Source: Chlamydiales bacterium
GTDB lineage: Bacteria > Chlamydiota > Chlamydiia > Chlamydiales > Rhabdochlamydiaceae
Assembly (NCBI GenBank): GCA_040382555.1
Contig: JBEIFG010000001.1
Location: forward strand, 1-26,099
Direction of reading: 5' to 3'
Length of the DNA stretch: 26,099 nucleotides
A program made the position numbers and the translations under genes. The notes beneath the pieces are model-generated. The model was not told where the DNA came from and made no database searches. It saw only the letters and a list, made by a program, of their open reading frames with translations. Numbering within the stretch: the stretch's first letter is position 1; every line of letters begins with the position of its first letter. Below, in pieces: positions 15,440 through 22,973 of the stretch.

Positions 15440-16831
15440 TTAAAAATCAGCGTGACCTGGATATCTTGGAAAAGGGATTACGTCTCTAATGTTTTCCATC
15501 CCTGTAGCAAATTGAATAAGCCTTTCAAACCCCGCCCCAAACCCAGCGTGAGGAACAGACCCATATTTTCTTAAGTGTAGATACCACCAGTAATCTTGAG
15601 GGTGCAGGCCGAATTCTACAATTTTTCTCTCAAGGATATCTATTCTCTCTTCCCGTTGACTTCCTCCAATCAACTCACCAATTTTTGGGACTAGAACATC
15701 CATGGCAGCAACTGTTTTTTGATCCTCATTCATCCTCATATAAAAGGCTTTAATCTCCTTCGGATAGTCCGTAAGGATGACAGGCTTTTTGCAGTACTGC
15801 TCTGCCAGAAATCTCTCATGTTCAGACTGAAGATCACATCCCCAGCTCACAGGATATTCGAATTGCTTATTAGATTTTAGTAAAATATCAATAGCTTCGG
15901 TATAGGTTAGGTGCGCAAAGGGAGATTCCGCTACGTGACGAAGTCTCTCAAGTAATCCGGTTTCTACATATTGATCAAAGAAGCTTAAATCCTCTGCGCA
16001 ATGCTCTAATATATACCGAATGGTGTACTTAAGGAATGCTTCTGCGCATTCCATATCCTCTTTGAGTGTTGCAAATGCCATTTCAGGCTCAATCATCCAA
16101 AATTCTGCAAGATGTCGCGAAGTATTGGAATTTTCTGCACGGAAAGTAGGTCCAAAAGTATAAACATCAGAAAGAGCACATGCTAGGGTTTCTGCATTAA
16201 GTTGACCAGAGACCGTCAAATAAGCAGGCTTTTGAAAAAAGTCTTTGCTAAAGTCAATAGTTCCGTCGCTGTGTCTTGGCGGCTTATTGACGTCTAGGGT
16301 AGTAACAAGAAATTGGGCCCCAGCCCCTTCACAATCCGATGCCGTAATAATAGGTGTTTGGACGTATAAGAAACCACGGCTTTGAAAAAAGTGATGAGTG
16401 GCATATGCTAACGCATTCCGTACTCTAAGGATAGCTCCTTGAGTGTTTGTCCTAGGTCTCAAGTGCGCAATAGTCCTTAAGAATTCAAAGGAGTGCCTTT
16501 TCTTTTGTAGGGGGTAGTCTTCTGCGGAACAGTTTCCAAAAATTTCAATATGGGTAGCATGAACCTCCCATTTTTGTTTATGTCCTTGTGGACTTTCTAC
16601 AAGGGTTCCCTCCACACGCACAGAGGCTCCGGTCGATACGGTTTGCATCAAAGCCTCATAGGCAGGGATGCTAGCGGAAGCTACTACCTGAATACCTGAG
16701 AGGGTAGAGCCATCATTTATCTCAATAAAAGCAAAAGCCTTTTGGTTTCTTACAGTTCTTACCCATCCACATAAGGTAATAGGTTTTTGAAGGTCGGAGG
16801 GGGCAATATTTTTTATTTTTATTCTTTTCAT
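15440..16831 (-). CDS. asnS: Asparagine--tRNA ligase
   Basis: OB-fold GWVRTVR, YLTVSGQL, motif 2 FRAENSNTSRHLAEFWMIEPE, GELIGGSQREER, motif 3 PHAGFGAGFERL. Confidence 0.97.
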   Translation of the reverse strand: MKRIKIKNIAPSDLQKPITLCGWVRTVRNQKAFAFIEINDGSTLSGIQVVASASIPAYEALMQTVSTGASVRVEGTLVESPQGHKQKWEVHATHIEIFGNCSAEDYPLQKKRHSFEFLRTIAHLRPRTNTQGAILRVRNALAYATHHFFQSRGFLYVQTPIITASDCEGAGAQFLVTTLDVNKPPRHSDGTIDFSKDFFQKPAYLTVSGQLNAETLACALSDVYTFGPTFRAENSNTSRHLAEFWMIEPEMAFATLKEDMECAEAFLKYTIRYILEHCAEDLSFFDQYVETGLLERLRHVAESPFAHLTYTEAIDILLKSNKQFEYPVSWGCDLQSEHERFLAEQYCKKPVILTDYPKEIKAFYMRMNEDQKTVAAMDVLVPKIGELIGGSQREERIDILERKIVEFGLHPQDYWWYLHLRKYGSVPHAGFGAGFERLIQFATGMENIRDVIPFPRYPGHADF

Positions 16832-16842
16832 AAAGATCGTCT

Positions 16843-17709
16843 CTACAGGTTAGCAAATTCTCTCAACATAGCTATCTCTTTTGTCCAAAGAGAGGGCCCA
16901 TCTGGTGTTTCTAAATATTTAGGAATTTCTCGAGTTTTGGGGTTTTGCATGAGTGCTTTGAAGCACGCAATCCCTATTTCCCCTTCCCCTAGGGGAGCAT
17001 GGCGATCTCTTCGGGAAGCGAAAGGCTTTAGAGAGTCGTTCAAATGAAACGCATATAAAAAATCGAGTCCTACCGTTTTATCAAACTCTTTGAGGGTAAT
17101 ATTAAGTGCGTCAGCATCTCTGATATCATAGCCTGCAGCGAAAATATGGCAAGTGTCTATGCATACACCAATAGCAATAGCGTGTTTTACCCCCTCGATG
17201 ATATAGCCAAGATGCTCGAATCGGTAACCTACACAGGACCCTTGGCCAGCGGTGGCTTCTAGTAAAATACGAGTGTCTCCTTGATTAATTTCTTTTTCTA
17301 AGGATAGCAGGCTCTCAATGATAGTATCTAAACATTGCTCTTCGGAAGAATGTAGAGCAGAGCCTGGATGAAAGTTTAGGAATGACAGCTCAAGAGCATG
17401 GCACCTTTGGATTTCTTCCTTAAAGGCAAACCTACTTTTGGCTAAGTTGTCTGAATTTGGACATCCTAGATTAATTAAATAGCTATCATGACTCATGATT
17501 TTCTGTATGCCGAGTTGCTGCTGAAGATCTATAAAGGCAGCAGCTTCTTTTTCATCGATGGGTTTATTGTTCCATCTTTTTTGATTTCTGGTAAAAATTT
17601 GAATAGTCGTAGCTCCGATTTCAGCCCCTTGCAAGAGGGCATTTTCAAGGCCTCCTGAAGTGGATGTGTGAGCGCCGATAAGAAGTTGATCTGAGGGGGA
17701 TTTTTTCAT
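16843..17709 (-). CDS. nfo: Endonuclease IV (AP endonuclease)
   Basis: IGAHTS, HDSYLINL, NFHPG, LLEATAGQGS, CIDTCHIFAAGYD, HLNDS, DRHAPLGEG, LETP. Confidence 0.96.
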   Translation of the reverse strand: MKKSPSDQLLIGAHTSTSGGLENALLQGAEIGATTIQIFTRNQKRWNNKPIDEKEAAAFIDLQQQLGIQKIMSHDSYLINLGCPNSDNLAKSRFAFKEEIQRCHALELSFLNFHPGSALHSSEEQCLDTIIESLLSLEKEINQGDTRILLEATAGQGSCVGYRFEHLGYIIEGVKHAIAIGVCIDTCHIFAAGYDIRDADALNITLKEFDKTVGLDFLYAFHLNDSLKPFASRRDRHAPLGEGEIGIACFKALMQNPKTREIPKYLETPDGPSLWTKEIAMLREFANL

Positions 17710-17794
17710 ATAAAACTTTCTGTTTCAAAAAAGTTAAATTTTAGGAGATAGTATAGATCTTTACAAGATACAATCTTTGGAGGGCACTTTGCCA

Positions 17795-19423
17795 ATGAAA
17801 AAGGATTCAGTAAAAACGGTTTCCAAATCATCGATGTCCTTTTTATCGGGGACCTTAATGAGTCGTATTACCGGGGGGCTGAGGGATATTTCAATGGCAT
17901 TTTGCTTTGGTAGTTCAGGAGCATTGTCCGCTTTTATGGTAGCTTATCGTTTTTCAAATCTTGCTAGGCCACTCTTTGGTGAAAATCCTGTAGCTTCAGG
18001 TTTTATTCCTCACTTTGAATATTTGAAAAAACAATCCTCCGAAGAAGCGATGATTTTTTTTAGAGATACATTTTTTTCTTTATCCTTTTTTTTAATAGGT
18101 ATTCTCGGTCTAGCTGAATTCATTCTTTGGATTCTTTACCATTTCTCTTCCATATCTAGCTCTTCTAAAGAGGTTCTGCAGACGTGCTTGATTATGCTTC
18201 CTGGTGGATTATTTCTTTGCCTCTATGGAATAAGTGGGGCTTTTTTGAAATGTGAGAAATTTTTTTTCCTACCGGGTTTTGCTCCCGTTGCCTTTAATCT
18301 TGTGTGGATTATTTCTGTATTTTACTTCAAAAATGAACCTGCTTCTAAGGCCATGACAGGTTTGTCTTTCGCTATGGTTCTGGCTTTTTTTTTGCATTGG
18401 GCTGTATTACTTCCTAAAATGTTAAAGATTATAAAGGGATCGATGCCTTTGAGAAAATTATTTGCCGTCCAGCTTTTTTCCGCAGAGGTAAGAAAGATTA
18501 TTAAACCTTTCTTTTTAGGTATCTTAGGGGTGGGGGCGATTCAAATAAATAATGCTCTTGATGGGATATTTGCAAGGTATGCTTCTCTTGAAGGGCCCGC
18601 TTATTTATGGTATGCCATTCGTCTTGAACAGCTGCCTGTTGGTTTATTTGGCGTGGCTCTTTCTACAGCATTACTTCCAACTTTAGCAAGATCGGCTGCT
18701 GATGAAGATTTAGGTGAATTTAAAGAGTTTTTAGTATACGCGCTCCGTAAAACAATGGGACTACTCGTGCCATGCACAGTAGCTTTGTTTGTATTAGGAG
18801 CTGCACTAGTCAATTTTGTCTACGGTAGGGGTGATTTTAGTGAGTATGCTACCTATGAGACGATCCTTTGCCTTTGGGGGTATTCTTTAAGTGTAATTCC
18901 CTCAGTGGGTGTGATGTTAATAGCTCAAGCTTTATATGCAAAAAAAAGTTTCAAGGCACCGGCCCTTACCTCTCTTGCGTCAGTAGGGGTTAATTTAATA
19001 TTAAACTATATCTTTGTTTTTTACTTTAGTTGGGGGGCCATTAGTATCGCGCTTGCTACAAGTGTGGCTGCCATGGTGAACTTTTTTATTCTCTCTATTA
19101 TCCTTCACAAAAAAATGGGAGCACCCTTTTTACTAGATGCGATTGGAAAAACTTCATATGGGACTTTAATCTGCAGTCTTTTTGCGGGTTGCTTAACAAT
19201 AGCTCTCGGTTATTTTTTTGCCAATGATCCTACTTTATCGATGTTGATAGAAGGTCGATCTGCACATTTTACTCGCTCATGGCAAGATCAATTTATGGGT
19301 ATTTTCGTTTTGGGTGGATTCTTTGTGCTTATTTTATTGTCCTATGCATGGCTTGGAAGGGTTCAAGAGATTTTATCCGTTTTTGGTATTCAAATTAAAA
19401 AAGAAGCTGCTGAGGACTGTTAA
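17795..19423 (+). CDS. murJ: Lipid II flippase MurJ (ORF-track start TTG 17777; ATG at 17795 follows RBS GGAGGG)
   Basis: SRITGGLRD, AF.VAYRFSNL.R.LFGE, LWYAIRLEQLPVGLFGVALSTALLP, many TM helices. Confidence 0.92.
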   Translation: MKKDSVKTVSKSSMSFLSGTLMSRITGGLRDISMAFCFGSSGALSAFMVAYRFSNLARPLFGENPVASGFIPHFEYLKKQSSEEAMIFFRDTFFSLSFFLIGILGLAEFILWILYHFSSISSSSKEVLQTCLIMLPGGLFLCLYGISGAFLKCEKFFFLPGFAPVAFNLVWIISVFYFKNEPASKAMTGLSFAMVLAFFLHWAVLLPKMLKIIKGSMPLRKLFAVQLFSAEVRKIIKPFFLGILGVGAIQINNALDGIFARYASLEGPAYLWYAIRLEQLPVGLFGVALSTALLPTLARSAADEDLGEFKEFLVYALRKTMGLLVPCTVALFVLGAALVNFVYGRGDFSEYATYETILCLWGYSLSVIPSVGVMLIAQALYAKKSFKAPALTSLASVGVNLILNYIFVFYFSWGAISIALATSVAAMVNFFILSIILHKKMGAPFLLDAIGKTSYGTLICSLFAGCLTIALGYFFANDPTLSMLIEGRSAHFTRSWQDQFMGIFVLGGFFVLILLSYAWLGRVQEILSVFGIQIKKEAAEDC

Positions 19424-19432
19424 AGGCGTATT

Positions 19433-20242
19433 ATGATACTTGTCATTGGATGTGGATATATTGGTAAGGCATTTTTAGCTTTGCGTGGTGAAGCTAAGCG
19501 CCAAAGCATAGCTTGTACGACTTCACAAAATAAAGTAAAGGAGTTAAAGTACCTAGCTTCTGAAGTATTGGTTCTTCCTGATGAAGAAAACTTAAGAAAA
19601 GCGATGGATCAAAGCGAAATAGCTCTTATTCTTGTGGCTCCAAGTACTAAAGAGGAGTATGAAAAGGTTTATCTGGGCACGGCTAAATGGATGAAAAATT
19701 ATTTAGCAAGTCGCAGAAAAAAACTACATTTACTGGTGGCAAGTAGTACGTTTGTCTATGCATCATCCCCAAAAGAAACGGTTACAGAAGATGAGCTTTT
19801 TGTATCATGCCATCCCAAAGCTTCCCTTTTGAAAGAGACTGAAGATGTGTATTTATCTACTGTTAATGAGTTTGTGTCTGTTGCTATACTGCGTCTTGGC
19901 GGTATATACGGTCCAGGGAGGGAGCTCTTTGAGAGAGCCTTAGCGGTTTCGGGTAAACAGCTTCCAGGTAGTGGTAATGAGCCCACCAACCATATACACA
20001 GAGATGACGCTGTTGCCGCATTTTGGCATGTTATCGATCAAAAGCTTACAGGCATTTACAACGTGACTTCGGATTTTCACCCAATCAGAAAAGATTTATA
20101 TAAAAAATTATGCTCTTCTTTGGGAGTAAATGAGCCTACGTGGAATCCAAATCATTGTGCTGAGCACGGCTGTGGTTGTAAAGTGGATAGTCAAAAGCTT
20201 AAAAAAACAGGGTTTACGTTTTTGCATTCAAATGGATTTTAA
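19433..20242 (+). CDS. Atypical SDR / NAD-dependent epimerase-dehydratase family protein
   Basis: Rossmann motif ILVIGCGYIG, ASSTFVY, LRLGGIYGPGR, NHIHRDDAVAA, GIYNV. No clear YxxxK. Confidence 0.8.
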   Translation: MILVIGCGYIGKAFLALRGEAKRQSIACTTSQNKVKELKYLASEVLVLPDEENLRKAMDQSEIALILVAPSTKEEYEKVYLGTAKWMKNYLASRRKKLHLLVASSTFVYASSPKETVTEDELFVSCHPKASLLKETEDVYLSTVNEFVSVAILRLGGIYGPGRELFERALAVSGKQLPGSGNEPTNHIHRDDAVAAFWHVIDQKLTGIYNVTSDFHPIRKDLYKKLCSSLGVNEPTWNPNHCAEHGCGCKVDSQKLKKTGFTFLHSNGF

Positions 20243-20268
20243 AAAAAAAGCAGCCTTTTGGCTGCTTT
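20241..20268 (-). terminator. Intrinsic terminator of rpsD, probably bidirectional
   Basis: AAAGCAGCC-TTTT-GGCTGCTTT, with A9 on the left giving the U-tract on the minus strand. Lies between convergent genes. Confidence 0.85.
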
Positions 20269-20294
20269 AAGAATCATCCAAGCTTTTATGACTT

Positions 20295-20915
20295 TTAGCT
20301 AGTGTGAGCTAAGAATTCGCAAATCAACGGAATATTGATAGGGAGAGGTAAAGGAATTTGATCCGTATGCGGAGATGCGATCAAAGATCCTGAAAACTTA
20401 CCTTCATCTAGCGATAGATATTCAGGGATATCTCTAGCTGTGAGCTCAACGTTTTGCTTGATAAGCGGGTTAGTTTGGGATTTTGCTTTTACGGAAATAA
20501 CCATACCTGGTCTTACGAAGAAAGAGCGACGATCTACTTTCTTACCGTTTACAAGGATGTGTCCATGGGATACGAGTTGTTGTGCCCCGAAAATCGTACT
20601 TGCAAAACGGAGTCTATAAACTACGTTGTCAAGACGGCACTCGAGTCTTTCCATGAACGCTTGAGGTGTATTTAATTTAGATTGCTCAGCTTCTTTGAAA
20701 TAGCGTGTTAGTTGTTTACGGCTAAGCATGCCATATACAGCTTTAAGCTTTTGTTGTTCATCTAGCTGCACGCCGAAGTCAGATTTTTTCTTACGTTTTG
20801 CACCATGCATCCCTGCTGGATTAGGCTTGTGCAATAAAGGGTTGCGGGCGCGTCCGAAGATGTTAACCCCAAAGCGACGAGCGATTCGGTTTTTTGGGCC
20901 AGTGTATCGAGCCAT
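20295..20915 (-). CDS. rpsD: 30S ribosomal protein S4
   Basis: MARYTGPKNRIARR, EQQKLKAVYG, LECRLDNVVYRLRFA, ARQ-like AQQLVSHGHILVNGKKVD. RBS AGGAG. Confidence 0.97.
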   Translation of the reverse strand: MARYTGPKNRIARRFGVNIFGRARNPLLHKPNPAGMHGAKRKKKSDFGVQLDEQQKLKAVYGMLSRKQLTRYFKEAEQSKLNTPQAFMERLECRLDNVVYRLRFASTIFGAQQLVSHGHILVNGKKVDRRSFFVRPGMVISVKAKSQTNPLIKQNVELTARDIPEYLSLDEGKFSGSLIASPHTDQIPLPLPINIPLICEFLAHTS

Positions 20916-21014
20916 TGTTTCTCCTAGTAATTGGTACTGTCAACATGGAAGACACACATCCTATTATACGTTCTGCTTTTAAAACAAGTGTAATTTAGGT
21001 CGAGCTTCCTTGAG

Positions 21015-21048
21015 AAAAAAAACTTTTTTAGGTTAAAAAAAACTTTTT
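21015..21048. repeat. Direct repeat A8-C-T5/6, two copies with 20-bp period
   Basis: AAAAAAAACTTTTTT at 21015-21029 and AAAAAAAACTTTTT at 21035-21048, in the rpsD/trhO divergent intergenic region. Confidence 0.6.
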
Positions 21049-21209
21049 AAATTTCCCTTGTGTATCTTTGAACAGAGATCATAGCATAAGCAAATTTTCT
21101 AGTAAAAGAGAACCTTTTTACCAGCGTGAAAAGATGGAATTTCGCTTGAGAAATTACAAATACCCTTCTATAGTTTTAGAAAAAATTAAACTGTTTAGGG
21201 TCCAAAGCT

Positions 21210-22172
21210 ATGGAATCTTTCCAACTTTATTATGTAATAGCCTTTTATATCTTCACTGCCATAGAAGATCCAAAGGCAGAGGTGAAAAAGCATCATGAAT
21301 TTTTTAGCACAAGAGATATAAGATCAAGGATTTACATTTCTCATGAAGGAATTAATGCTCAGATGAGCGCTTCTAAGGAATCAGCTCAGGAGTACATGGA
21401 CTGGATGAAGCAGGATGAAAGATTCAAAGGCATTGATTTTAAAATCCATTTTTACAAAGAGCACGCGTTCCCAAGGGCTACAGTCAAATTTAAAAAACAG
21501 TTGGTAGCGCTCGATAGAGAAGTAGATATCCAAGAGGGTGGTCAGCATTTGCCGGCAGCCAGATGGAAAGCTATGCTTGAGGAAAAGGATAAAAATACTA
21601 TTGTTATCGATGTAAGAAATGATTACGAGTGGGAAATAGGTCATTTTGAGGGTGCACTAAAGCCTCAGCTAGATACTTTTCGTAAATTCCCTGAGTATGT
21701 AGAAGAGTTAAAAAAAGAGTATGACCCGCAAAGCACAAGGGTGATGATGTACTGCACGGGTGGAATACGTTGTGAATTGTATTCTGCTCTGATGAAGAAT
21801 GAGGGATTTGATACCGTTTATCAGCTCGAGGGTGGAGTTATCAAGTATGGTCAAGAAGCAGGTAGTGATCATTGGCTGGGTAAGCTATTTGTTTTTGATG
21901 ATAGACTTTCTGTTCCCATAGCGGAAGACGCAAAGGAGCAATTAATTAGTAAATGCAAATATTGCTGCGTATCCACAGATATCTATTACAACTGTGCTAA
22001 TATGGATTGCAATGAATTGTTCCTTTGTTGTGCAAAGTGCGCACAAGACCATAAGGGATGCTGCGGAGAGGAGTGCGGCTCTTCAGAACGTCTACGTCCT
22101 TTGCAAGAAGATCAAGATAGACCCAAACCTTTCAAGAAGTGGTACTATTACGAGAATGTAAGAGTGAAATAA
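21210..22172 (+). CDS. trhO: Oxygen-dependent tRNA uridine(34) hydroxylase / YceA rhodanese-domain protein
   Basis: YISHEGINAQMS, IDVRNDYEWEIGHF.GA, YCTGGIRCE, QLEGGVIKY, GKLFVFDDRL and a Cys-rich C-terminal domain. Confidence 0.9.
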   Translation: MESFQLYYVIAFYIFTAIEDPKAEVKKHHEFFSTRDIRSRIYISHEGINAQMSASKESAQEYMDWMKQDERFKGIDFKIHFYKEHAFPRATVKFKKQLVALDREVDIQEGGQHLPAARWKAMLEEKDKNTIVIDVRNDYEWEIGHFEGALKPQLDTFRKFPEYVEELKKEYDPQSTRVMMYCTGGIRCELYSALMKNEGFDTVYQLEGGVIKYGQEAGSDHWLGKLFVFDDRLSVPIAEDAKEQLISKCKYCCVSTDIYYNCANMDCNELFLCCAKCAQDHKGCCGEECGSSERLRPLQEDQDRPKPFKKWYYYENVRVK

Positions 22173-22944
22173 TGGATAGAATTTTCTCTTGAGTTGGCTC
22201 TGTTACGACGGTAAGGCCTGGTTTAACACCATGTTCCGAAAGCTCAAAAGCTTTCATGGTGTTACAAATCCTTCCGTCGAGGCGTACACCGATTCCCTTA
22301 GCAGAAACCATGTTTCCCCAGTCACCAAACATTTCCAAAGACATTTCACAGGCGGTAATTAAAAATAAGATTTTTTTATCGGGATTTGCATAAATGCTTT
22401 CGAACAATTTTTCCCCTATATAGTGAATGGTCGGAATAAATAGGGGAATGACACGATTCGAAGGAAGGTGGTTTACTATTTTACCGATAAAGCATTGTGC
22501 ACAGACTGGATGCTCCGGATCATGGATGCAATGCTCAGAAAAGCGTTTGGAGGGACATTCAAAAGGTTTATGACAGTAAGAGAACCCCACAAGAAGAAGA
22601 GCATGGTCCGAGGACGCCTCGTGAATAAACTCTTCAGAGTTTTTTAATCCGTAGTAAAAAAAATCACCCTCCCTTAAGTAGCTTTTCTTTTTGCGGTAAG
22701 AATTAAGTAATTTTGATAGATGGGTGATAGGATTTTTAAAGAAAAAGCGCAGAAAAATTTTTTTATGATCATAGCGTAGTAGATACCACAAACTTTTTAT
22801 CCGAAGGAACCTCGCAGTATCTTTTGTTATCCCTTCCATTTTTGGTAAGCGCGAAAGAGTTTTTAAGGGATATTCCTTGGAAAGAGAAATTGATTTTTCA
22901 TCCCAAAGTTTTAAGGAGGAGTGGATATTAAGCTTTTTGTTCAT
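22132..22944 (-). CDS. Cys-rich DUF116-like protein (start uncertain; ORF-track start 23055 overlaps the SNF2 gene, M38 at 22944 or a later start is more likely)
   Basis: LVGFSYC..., CAQCFIG, LITACEMSL, GIGVRLDGRICNT resemble the DUF116 pattern (PHC...C..C.IG / AVACE / C.NT) as recalled. Confidence 0.6.
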   Translation of the reverse strand: MNKKLNIHSSLKLWDEKSISLSKEYPLKTLSRLPKMEGITKDTARFLRIKSLWYLLRYDHKKIFLRFFFKNPITHLSKLLNSYRKKKSYLREGDFFYYGLKNSEEFIHEASSDHALLLVGFSYCHKPFECPSKRFSEHCIHDPEHPVCAQCFIGKIVNHLPSNRVIPLFIPTIHYIGEKLFESIYANPDKKILFLITACEMSLEMFGDWGNMVSAKGIGVRLDGRICNTMKAFELSEHGVKPGLTVVTEPTQEKILSIISLLHSRNSTTS

Positions 22945-22973
22945 GTATGGTATTATAAACATTAAGAGGTTAA

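Noticed and set aside
21950-22080. Cys-rich C-terminus of TrhO as a novel metal domain
   Set aside because: This is a known feature of the YceA/TrhO family.
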